Shown here piece after piece: positions 1-8,369 of a stretch of 64,000 bases of DNA. A model generated the notes under the pieces. The model saw only the letters and a list, made by a program, of their open reading frames with translations, did no database searches and was not told where the DNA came from. This DNA comes from an uncultured Bacteroidota bacterium (lineage in GTDB: Bacteria > Bacteroidota > Bacteroidia > JABEUT01): positions 24,026 to 88,025 of the forward strand of contig CAIWVW010000006.1 in assembly GCA_903916255.1 (NCBI GenBank). Reading direction: 5' to 3'. Within the stretch, counting starts at the first letter, position 1; each line of letters begins with the position of its first letter. A program made the translations under genes and the position numbers.

Positions 1-181
1 GTTGTTCTTCGCTAACCTTATGCGGATTGGCATAATGTTTTTTAACTATGTTGTAATATAGACGCTTGATAGCGAGCAAATATACTTTATGTATTGGATA
101 GTAAACCAATAAAAGCGGCAGTGGAAATGCCATAACAGCTATGAAAAACACGGTGAATATGTTTTGTACAGATAATAACAT
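1..181 (-). CDS. Small membrane protein, partial (runs off left edge); paralogue of 50326..50601
   Basis: Not in ORF track; manual translation MLLSVQNIFTVFFIAVMAFPLPLLLVYYPIHKVYLLAIKRLYYNIVKKHYANPHKVSEEQ; A-rich leader; ungapped similarity to the 91-aa ORF at 50326. Confidence 0.75.
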   Translation of the reverse strand, partial: MLLSVQNIFTVFFIAVMAFPLPLLLVYYPIHKVYLLAIKRLYYNIVKKHYANPHKVSEEQ

Positions 182-204
182 AATTTAATTTTGTTGATGT
201 GCTG

Positions 205-330
205 CAAAGGAATACCAAGCGGGAGGCGGGCAGCATGACATTAGCCCTGATTGGGAAATGACTATCGGCAACAAAATGTATGATTTTACAGCATCCTGCA
301 AAAAAAGCGCATTTGCATGATTTACATCAT
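205..330 (-). promoter_or_regulatory. Variant -7 box (TTCCTTTG, 205..212) plus array of FNR/CRP-like half or full sites
   Basis: ATGAC/ATGAT half-sites at 235, 258, 280 and perfect ATGAT-TTAC-ATCAT at 317..330. Confidence 0.55.
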
Positions 331-385
331 ACTATACACGATGATATAACAAGAGTTACGCTGGAATCCAGAGTAGGTTACAGAA

Positions 386-730
386 TTAATTAATTTCAGG
401 AAAGTTGAACGTAACATTTTGGTCTTTAAACTTAAAAGCTACCACATAGTTATCTGAAACATTTTCGGCGCCTTCAAAAAACATGTGCAGCGGGGTGCGT
501 GCCGTTTTAAAATAGGTAGCTATTGTAATATAATTCTCTACACGCGATTTCGGAGCTTTTCCGTTAATGGTGCAATGTCCGTCGGCTATGGCGGTAATGG
601 CTTCGTTTATAAGCATAAGGTCAACACCTCTAACGGTGTTCCTCACTTTTTTGGGCAAGTCTTCAACAAATTCTTTTCTCGATTTGATAGTATGGGCGCT
701 GTTTTTAACAGTAGCAGGTATGGAATGCAT
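386..730 (-). CDS. Hypothetical protein (114 aa)
   Basis: ATG after A-rich leader; same strand as neighbours; no family recognised. Confidence 0.65.
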   Translation of the reverse strand: MHSIPATVKNSAHTIKSRKEFVEDLPKKVRNTVRGVDLMLINEAITAIADGHCTINGKAPKSRVENYITIATYFKTARTPLHMFFEGAENVSDNYVVAFKFKDQNVTFNFPEIN

Positions 731-824
731 TTTGGTTAATTATTAGGTACGGTTGCGTATTTGTGCAATATAAACCTTTTTTGCGGATAATCAAGGAGCA
801 AAGATTAGTAAACCACTATTTTAA

Positions 825-1838
825 TTAAATGGTGGCGGGTTCGCTTAAGTCGTGAATAGTGCACTGGAAGCCCATCATCATATCTTCTGTGGAAAATATA
901 ACTACGTCTTGTTTTACTTTTTTGCGCAACCCTGTGCGGGTTACCAATTCGAATTCGGAGGTTTGTTCCTTTATTTTGTTCTTAAATTGAGTATAGTATC
1001 CGTTTTTAATAGATTCTACATAATCAGCGGCAACCAAAAAGGTAAAGTGTTTTCCAGTAATTTCTTCGGGCGTATAGCCTGTAAGTTTTGAAATGTTGGG
1101 TGTAGCAAAGGTTATTTTGCCGTAATAATCGCACGTATATATAAAACTGCCAACATTCTGGGCAATAGTCCTGTATCGTATTTCACTTTCACTCACTTGT
1201 TTTTCCGATTCTATCCTCTTTTTCATGTCTCCATTGAGCTTAAACAGAACGAAAAAAATAATAAGAAAAGCAATCAGTTCGCCTAGAATAATGGTAAAAT
1301 TGGTTTTACTATTATATAATTCGCCTTGTTGGGTAAACCCGGTGCGTTCCTCGCGCTCCCGTTTGTTGATATTGGCAACCAATGTTCGTATGGTGTCCAT
1401 CAGGGCAATACCGTCTTTGGATGAAACCATTTTCTGCGCACTGTCAAAAGAGAGTTTCCTTACTTTGGCAAGGGTATCTATAAAATGCAACTTTACATAG
1501 ATGTGGTTTGCAAGTATAGTAGCATCTTCCAGCAGGTCTGTGTCATCACCCAGGTCTTTCTGGAGGTTTTTTACAATTCGGTTAATCTTGGCAACTGAGC
1601 TGTCTGAAGGAACCAGATACTTTTCATTTCCGGTGATGATACAGTTCATCACACCTTCGTCGGCAGTGGATGTTATGGCATACATACGTTCTATACGTGC
1701 TATCTGGTGCTCTGAATTAAACGCTTGGTTAGCCAATAGTTCTGTGCGTTTGCTGTTGCTTATGGAATAGTATGTGGCAACGGAAACAATGGCGAGGGAC
1801 AGCAGAAAAACAATTACAATGTATTTATTTATTTTCAT
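825..1838 (-). CDS. Membrane sensor with CHASE3 and PAS domains, no kinase or output domain
   Basis: N-terminal TM; CHASE3-like segment (NCIITGNEKYLVP); second TM; PAS (YTCDYYGKITFATP..GYTPEEITGKHF) ending at the C-terminus. Confidence 0.85.
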   Translation of the reverse strand: MKINKYIVIVFLLSLAIVSVATYYSISNSKRTELLANQAFNSEHQIARIERMYAITSTADEGVMNCIITGNEKYLVPSDSSVAKINRIVKNLQKDLGDDTDLLEDATILANHIYVKLHFIDTLAKVRKLSFDSAQKMVSSKDGIALMDTIRTLVANINKREREERTGFTQQGELYNSKTNFTIILGELIAFLIIFFVLFKLNGDMKKRIESEKQVSESEIRYRTIAQNVGSFIYTCDYYGKITFATPNISKLTGYTPEEITGKHFTFLVAADYVESIKNGYYTQFKNKIKEQTSEFELVTRTGLRKKVKQDVVIFSTEDMMMGFQCTIHDLSEPATI

Positions 1839-1998
1839 TATTTATATTCGCTATATAGTACGGCATGCTGTGCTGCAAAACTAAGCAAATGTTTGAACCC
1901 CGCATACCTCATAATTTTTACGTGTTCATTATCAGCAGGTAATAAAAAGGACAAGAATATCCGCTAATTGAAAGTGGTTTTCATTTGTAAAATGGTTG

Positions 1999-2006
1999 TA
2001 TATTTG
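1999..2006 (+). promoter_or_regulatory. Bacteroidota sigma-A -7 box
   Basis: TATATTTG 43 nt upstream of MarR ATG. Confidence 0.6.
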
Positions 2007-2049
2007 TAAGGTAAACTAACAAGTTAATATACCAAGTTACGCTACATAT

Positions 2050-2475
2050 ATGGATACGATAGAATTGGCATCTTCTTTGCGTTCGGCAGTTTCAAATCTT
2101 CATAAGGGATTGCGGAAGCGGAGCGATTCGGTGAAAGATTATTCCATGACCGAGATAGAAACCATTGCCCACTTGTCCCGTTCTTCTCAGTTACCTACTG
2201 AACTGGCCGCATTAACCCGTATTACAACGCAATCCATGTCGCAGATTTTGAAAAAACTGGAAGGGCAGGGAATTATTAAAAGGACGCCAGCGAAAGATGA
2301 CAAGCGCAAAGTATATATTTCGTTAACCGCCTCCGGAAGAAAATTGGTTGAGAAGACGAGATATGATAGAGACGAGTGGCTGAAAAACGCAATTGAAAAA
2401 GTACTTACCGATAAAGAAAGAGACTTGCTTGTAAAAGTTTTACCTCTTTTATGTAAATTAATAGAAATCAAATAA
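2050..2475 (+). CDS. MarR family transcriptional regulator
   Basis: 141 aa; wHTH (TELAALTRITTQSMSQILKKLEGQGII) and DKRKVYISLT motif. Confidence 0.93.
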   Translation: MDTIELASSLRSAVSNLHKGLRKRSDSVKDYSMTEIETIAHLSRSSQLPTELAALTRITTQSMSQILKKLEGQGIIKRTPAKDDKRKVYISLTASGRKLVEKTRYDRDEWLKNAIEKVLTDKERDLLVKVLPLLCKLIEIK

Positions 2476-2488
2476 TAAATCGAATTAA

Positions 2489-3052
2489 ATGGAACAAAAC
2501 ACAAACAACACAGCACTGTTAGTAATGGATATGCAAATGGGGATTGTTCCCATGCTGCCAACCCCCGGAGAAATTCTCGGCAATGTAAAGAAAGCCATAA
2601 TCACCGCCCGAGAGAGGAAAATTCCGGTTATTTATGTGGTGGTTGGTTTCAGGAAGGGAATGCCGGAAGTAAGCCTAAATAATAAAGGGTTTATGGCAAG
2701 TAAAGCAAGACTGGGCAGTGGAAATATGGAAGAATTTATGAAAATTCATACCGATATTGCTCCGTTGGATGGTGAAATTACGGTAAGCAAGCGCCGGGTA
2801 AGTGCCTTTACAGGCAGCGACCTTGATGTGGTTTTACGAGCACAGGGTATTCAACACATTGTTCTAACAGGCATCTCGACCAGCGGCGTTGTGTTATCCA
2901 CTACCCGTGAAGCTGCCGATAAAGACTACCGCATTACCATATTATCCGATTGCTGCGCCGATGGGGATGAAGAAGTACATCGTGTACTTATCACAAAAGT
3001 GTTCCCCCGCCAGGCCGATGTGCTTTCACTTGAAGATTGGAAGTCTAAATAA
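2489..3052 (+). CDS. Isochorismatase-like cysteine hydrolase
   Basis: ALLVMDMQ, KRRVSAF, LTGISTSGVVLST, AADKDY motifs. Confidence 0.92.
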   Translation: MEQNTNNTALLVMDMQMGIVPMLPTPGEILGNVKKAIITARERKIPVIYVVVGFRKGMPEVSLNNKGFMASKARLGSGNMEEFMKIHTDIAPLDGEITVSKRRVSAFTGSDLDVVLRAQGIQHIVLTGISTSGVVLSTTREAADKDYRITILSDCCADGDEEVHRVLITKVFPRQADVLSLEDWKSK

Positions 3053-3072
3053 TACCGGCTACTTAGGAGGAA

Positions 3073-4329
3073 ATGAAAATAGAGACATTCAGGGCATTCA
3101 AGAGCAGGAACTATCGCTTATATTTTACAGGACAATCCATATCACTCATCGGGACATGGATGCAGAAGACTGCTGTTCCCTGGGTAATTTATGTCCAGAC
3201 ACATTCCCTATTTATGCTCGGATTGTCGGCCTTTGCCACTCAATTTCCAAGTTTTCTTTTTTCACTTTTCGGTGGCGTCGTCTCCGACCGTTATAATAAA
3301 TACAAGGTTCTGCTTGCAACGCAAATACTATCACTCGTGCAGGCTTTATTACTTTCCATACTTGTTTTACTCGAACATTACACGGCTTGGGAAATAATGG
3401 CGGTAAGCGTAATATTGGGTATCATCAATGCGTTTGATGTTCCCGCAAGGCAGTCATTGGTATACAACATGGTGAGCAATAAGGATGATTTGCCGAATGC
3501 CATTGCACTCAACTCATCCATGGTGAACCTTGCCAAAATTGCAGGGCCGGCTTTTGCGGGCCTTGTGCTTGAAAAACTGGGCGCCGGCTTATGTTTTATG
3601 CTGAACGCAGTAAGTTTTCTTGCGGTGATAATTTCCTTGCTTTTCATGCGTTTTGATAAGCCTATAACTTCCGACAGGTCAAAAAAGCCAATCAAGGAAT
3701 TGAAAGAAGGATTTACCTATATAACCACTACTCCTGAAATAGGATTTATACTTTTATTTATAAGCATTATGAGCCTGCTGGTGCTTCCGTATGACGCGCT
3801 GCTGTCGGTTTATGCCAAAGATATTTTCAGTGGGAATGCCTCTACGCTTGGTTATTTGAACAGCTTTATTGGCGTAGGCGCAATAGGCGGAACTATTTTT
3901 TTAGCCTCTTTGAAAGATAAATCGAGTTTGAAAACTATTTTATTAATAGCCACATTTATATTTGGTGTCGGATTGATTTCATTTTCCCATATAGCCGATT
4001 TTAAATGGGCCTGTGTGTTTGCAGTAATGATGGGTTTCGGCATGATGGCGCTGGCAACTATAAGCAATACAATTCTTCAAACCACCTCTGTTCCTGAAAT
4101 GAGAGGCAGGGTAATAAGTTACTTTGCCATGGCTTTTTTCGGGATGCGCCCGCTCGGTTCTTTGCTTATCGGGTGGATTGCAAAATATACCGGAGCTCCT
4201 GATACCGTTTTAGCGGAAGGCATAGCCGCATTGCTTGTTGCAGGCGTATTTTCCTACTTTATGCGGAAGGATATTCTGAAGAAAAGGAACAGGGAGGCAA
4301 TCGATAATGCCGCTTTAGAAATAAGCTAA
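3073..4329 (+). CDS. MFS transporter
   Basis: About 12 hydrophobic segments; GGVVSDRYNK loop motif; AFDVPARQS; PEMRGRV. Confidence 0.92.
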   Translation: MKIETFRAFKSRNYRLYFTGQSISLIGTWMQKTAVPWVIYVQTHSLFMLGLSAFATQFPSFLFSLFGGVVSDRYNKYKVLLATQILSLVQALLLSILVLLEHYTAWEIMAVSVILGIINAFDVPARQSLVYNMVSNKDDLPNAIALNSSMVNLAKIAGPAFAGLVLEKLGAGLCFMLNAVSFLAVIISLLFMRFDKPITSDRSKKPIKELKEGFTYITTTPEIGFILLFISIMSLLVLPYDALLSVYAKDIFSGNASTLGYLNSFIGVGAIGGTIFLASLKDKSSLKTILLIATFIFGVGLISFSHIADFKWACVFAVMMGFGMMALATISNTILQTTSVPEMRGRVISYFAMAFFGMRPLGSLLIGWIAKYTGAPDTVLAEGIAALLVAGVFSYFMRKDILKKRNREAIDNAALEIS

Positions 4330-4350
4330 ACTATAGTTCAAACGTTAGTT

Positions 4351-7300
4351 CTAAATCACTCCCTGACTGTGCATTTTCTGCAGCCGGTCATTATATTCCT
4401 TATATAAATCCTTTTGGTTTCCTGACTGGGCAAGGTATGTAAGGTTTTCCATAACCTGCAGGTTCATATTCATTTCACCTTCGTAATTCTTTTGGTTTTC
4501 CGGCGCAAGTGTTTTTAAATAGGTAACCCATGAGGCGGCCGCATCAAACATTTTCTTTGAAAGTTTGTTTGCTTTGTCGTAGGCCTGCACATCATAATAC
4601 CCTTGCACAATCATAGTTTCGTAGTAATCATACGGGCTGCTCTTTTCCGAAATGGAATCGGTAACCATATTAAGCACTTTAAGCGCCGAATCCTTTTTGT
4701 TTTCACGAATTAACTGAGTTGCCAGTAAGCCCGCTTCAAGCCTTAGGTCGGTGGCCATGCGGCGAATATTATCGTCGCAATAAACGCCCGAACCCATATT
4801 TCCCCAGCGGAATTTATGCATTACATTGTCATACATAACATCAGATGCAATGCGGCGGCCTTCAATGCTGTTGGTGTTTGTATTTACAACAGGCGTAAGT
4901 TCATACACCAATCCATTCGTTTGAAAATACTTTTCAAGACCTAAATAGTTTTCTTCCGGAAGGGTGGTAGCAAAGCAGATGGGGCGTTTCCAATCGTTAT
5001 GGGCAATAGCATCTAGCACCATAATTTTGTTGCGTTCGAGCAATGTACCGCCTACTTTAAAATCCAATTCATTCACAATGCTGTCAGTCATATTAGCAGG
5101 AACCAAACCGCTTTTCAGCACTTGTTGTTTATCCACTTTCAGCGAGAAGAACGGAGTGGGGAAGTAGTTATGCGTTTTTCCATCACCCAACTGTATTTTA
5201 TCGGCTTCATTATCGCTTTTTATAAAGTCGATAACGTTTTTCAAATCGTAAAACTGACCCGCTTTGTATTTTGGGTTGTAATTGGTGGCGATGTATAAAT
5301 AATCGCGGGTGCCTTCCCTGTATTCATCATGTGTAAGCGAAAATGGCATCCTGTCCGATTCATACGCTTTGCGGTTCATTTGGTCAGCATACCATGCCAT
5401 ACCAAGCAGTTCCAAATTACAAACGCGCACATCTGTGCGAATTCCTTCCACTTCCTGTGCATACCAAAGGGGGAATGTATCGCAATCGCCATCAGTAAAC
5501 AAGATTGCATTCGGCGGGCACGATTGTAAATAATCGATTGCCAAATCACGGCAAGTGTATCTTCCGCTGCGGTCGTGGTCGTCCCATTCGGCTCGGCACA
5601 TCACTACCGGCACAATTACAGCAAGCACAGTAGAAAGAATAGCCATGCCTATTCCTGCCTGCCTGTTTTTAGTTGCTTTAGCCAGTAATTCATATAAGCC
5701 AAGCACACCCAACCCTATCCATATTGCAAAAGCATAAAACGAACCGACATAGGAATAGTCACGTTCACGCGGCTGGTAGGGCGGCTGATTGAGATATAAA
5801 ATAATGGCAAGCCCGGTAAAAAAGAAAAGTGTACCCACTACGAGCCAGTTTCGGCGGTCTTTCATAAACTGGAAACCCATGCCAATTAAGCCAAGTATCA
5901 GCGGCAAGCCGTACATGGCATTATGCGCTTTATTATTGGCAAGTTCATCGGGCATACCGTCTTGCGGAGCGCGCATATTATCCAATGCCGGAATGCCGGT
6001 AATCCAGTTGCCATGCAGATTATCGTCGGGGTTGAGGCCGGGAATATCATTTTGTCTTCCGCAGAAATCCCACATAAAATAACGCAGGAACATAAATCCT
6101 ACCTGATAATGGAAAAAGAAGTGAACATTATCGCCAAAAGTAGGGCAATCGACATAGGCAGGTTGGCCGTCTTCTCCAATGCTTTTTACTTTCACCATAT
6201 CTGTTCCGCCCCATTTTTTATAGCCTTCCGGGCGATGCTGAGAAGGGTCAAACATACGGGGAAATATGGTGCACATAGCAGGGTCGTACTTAGGGACTTC
6301 TGTTTTTGTAATCTCTACATATTTTCCTTTCTTTTCGTCTTTGGCATAAACAGCGCTTCCAACATCTGAACTGATTGGCGAAGCTGTGTAATATGGCCCG
6401 TAAAGCTGCGGCCATGAACCATATTGTTTACGGTCTAAGTAATCATTCAAGCTCATCGGGTCGCTTGGGCAATCTTCATTCAGTGGAGTAAAAGCATTTG
6501 CACGAACCACCAGCATTACAAAAGAACAATAGCCGATTATGAGGGTTGCAGAGCATAAAATAGCTGTGTTTAAACCGGGTTTATTATGTTTTTTAGAGTA
6601 GTTAAGCCCCCAAACAATCAATGCGGTTATAAAAGCTCCATAAATAAAAACACCTGAATTAAATGGTAATCCAACGGTATTTACAAAGAATAATTCGAAC
6701 CAGCTGGCAAAACCTACTACGCCAGGAATAACAATGGCTTTAACCCCGCCAAGTATCATAACTCCGACTATAAAACCTGCAATACCTACCTGTGTGCTTT
6801 TGCTTTTTGAAAATTTCGAAAGTATAATATTGGGCCATTTCGAGCGCAATCCGTCGGGATAATTCTTCAGGAAGTAAAGCAATACCGCAGCAGGAATAAA
6901 CAGTAAGCAAAGGAAGTGAACACCGATGGCAAGCCCTATAAGCATGGCAAGCAAAATGAGCCAGCGCTCGCTGTGGTCGGTGGCGCGGGCATATTTGGTG
7001 GAGACCCAGAACATGAGCGACGTAAAGCAAATAGACATGGCCCAAACAGATGCTTCTGTTGCGGAAAACCAAATAGAATCGGCAAAAATGAACGAGGTGG
7101 CTCCAATGAATCCGGCGCCAAGGATAGCATAAATCCGACCTTCTGTTAACTCACCTGAACGGGTATATAATTTCTTTGCAAAAAAGGTGGTTATCCAAAA
7201 TAAGAACATGATAGCCATTGCGCTGAATGTGGCGCAGGCGCGGTTTAATATGGGTGCCACTTTATGCACATCGCCAAAACTGAGCAACGAAATGCAATGT

Positions 7301-7503
7301 TGCAATAACTGCAAGAAAGGCTCCCCGGGCGGGTGGCCTATTTCAAGTTTGTAATAAATGGAAAGGTTTTCGCTGCAATCCCAAAAGCTGGCTGTAGGTT
7401 CCACAGTGCTCCAGTAAACAAAGCAAGCTATAAGGAATACGCACCATCCGACAATATTATTGAGTTTGGTGAATTTGGTTTCTAAAGGTGAGCCGTTAGT
7501 CAT
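4351..7503 (-). CDS. DUF2723 / TMEM260-like GT-C membrane protein
   Basis: SFWDCSE..HPPGEP, FADSIWFSATEA, PRERDYSY, FTDGDCDTFPLWYAQEVEGIRTDVRV motifs; 1050 aa. Confidence 0.9.
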   Translation of the reverse strand: MTNGSPLETKFTKLNNIVGWCVFLIACFVYWSTVEPTASFWDCSENLSIYYKLEIGHPPGEPFLQLLQHCISLLSFGDVHKVAPILNRACATFSAMAIMFLFWITTFFAKKLYTRSGELTEGRIYAILGAGFIGATSFIFADSIWFSATEASVWAMSICFTSLMFWVSTKYARATDHSERWLILLAMLIGLAIGVHFLCLLFIPAAVLLYFLKNYPDGLRSKWPNIILSKFSKSKSTQVGIAGFIVGVMILGGVKAIVIPGVVGFASWFELFFVNTVGLPFNSGVFIYGAFITALIVWGLNYSKKHNKPGLNTAILCSATLIIGYCSFVMLVVRANAFTPLNEDCPSDPMSLNDYLDRKQYGSWPQLYGPYYTASPISSDVGSAVYAKDEKKGKYVEITKTEVPKYDPAMCTIFPRMFDPSQHRPEGYKKWGGTDMVKVKSIGEDGQPAYVDCPTFGDNVHFFFHYQVGFMFLRYFMWDFCGRQNDIPGLNPDDNLHGNWITGIPALDNMRAPQDGMPDELANNKAHNAMYGLPLILGLIGMGFQFMKDRRNWLVVGTLFFFTGLAIILYLNQPPYQPRERDYSYVGSFYAFAIWIGLGVLGLYELLAKATKNRQAGIGMAILSTVLAVIVPVVMCRAEWDDHDRSGRYTCRDLAIDYLQSCPPNAILFTDGDCDTFPLWYAQEVEGIRTDVRVCNLELLGMAWYADQMNRKAYESDRMPFSLTHDEYREGTRDYLYIATNYNPKYKAGQFYDLKNVIDFIKSDNEADKIQLGDGKTHNYFPTPFFSLKVDKQQVLKSGLVPANMTDSIVNELDFKVGGTLLERNKIMVLDAIAHNDWKRPICFATTLPEENYLGLEKYFQTNGLVYELTPVVNTNTNSIEGRRIASDVMYDNVMHKFRWGNMGSGVYCDDNIRRMATDLRLEAGLLATQLIRENKKDSALKVLNMVTDSISEKSSPYDYYETMIVQGYYDVQAYDKANKLSKKMFDAAASWVTYLKTLAPENQKNYEGEMNMNLQVMENLTYLAQSGNQKDLYKEYNDRLQKMHSQGVI

Positions 7504-7663
7504 AAGTCGTAAATCATTTTTAGTAGGCGTGAAAGTAGTATTTATTTTACTTTCAAAAATAATGGCAAGGATTTTTAACTTCTTTTAATAGAGTATCTAA
7601 CTAAATGTATTTTCCTTATAATTGTAGTATCAAACCAGTTAAACCATCGAAACCCTTACAGTT

Positions 7664-8209
7664 ATGAAAATAAAATTAACCTTGATTGCTGCTTTCGGCT
7701 TGTTGTTTACCAGTGCTACAAAAGCGCAAACCCCCGAGACACCTCCAGATCCGAAAATATTTAAAGACACTGCCAACTGTAGAAAATTCGAGAGTAAAGT
7801 GAAGGAATACGTAGAATGGACTATCAAAACGCCTTGCGTTAATAAGGATGTAACTCTCTGGAAGAAAGTGGACGATTTTATATGGGCATGGACGAATGGT
7901 TCATCCGACGTTACAGTTACTATAGGTAAAGTTATAGAACCCATATTAGAAGATAAAAAGGATAAGGGCGGCTATGAGTTATTGATAGCCTATATGGGGG
8001 GAATAGCTGTGTATGAACTGGAAAATCGAAAAGATAAAGATGAGGTAAATATTGAGTATGCCGGCCTTAAAGCGATGCTTGAAATGGTTAAGATAAATGG
8101 TAATTTATTTACCAACGCTAAAGCAGTCAAGAAATATCAGGGCATGGACGATAATGCTCTTAAAAAGTATGTGGCAGATTGCCTTACGGATGACAAGAAA
8201 GGAAAATAA
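7664..8209 (+). CDS. Hypothetical secreted protein
   Basis: Signal peptide ending TKAQ; 181 aa. Confidence 0.8.
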   Translation: MKIKLTLIAAFGLLFTSATKAQTPETPPDPKIFKDTANCRKFESKVKEYVEWTIKTPCVNKDVTLWKKVDDFIWAWTNGSSDVTVTIGKVIEPILEDKKDKGGYELLIAYMGGIAVYELENRKDKDEVNIEYAGLKAMLEMVKINGNLFTNAKAVKKYQGMDDNALKKYVADCLTDDKKGK

Positions 8210-8369
8210 GAGATAAGTTGAATTTAACCTTAGTAGAAAGCAAACTCCAACTTGTTTTTTTTAACCTTATTAATCGTAATAAGGGTATTATATTCTGTAG
8301 TGCTATTTTTTACTAAGGTTAAAATTCAGGAATTAATCCCATCAATTCAAAATAACGGCGTAAATCGCC

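Noticed and set aside
8265-8284. AT-rich palindrome CCTTATTA-ATCG-TAATAAGG between convergent genes
   Set aside because: Weak stem without a U-tract; plausible by chance in AT-rich DNA
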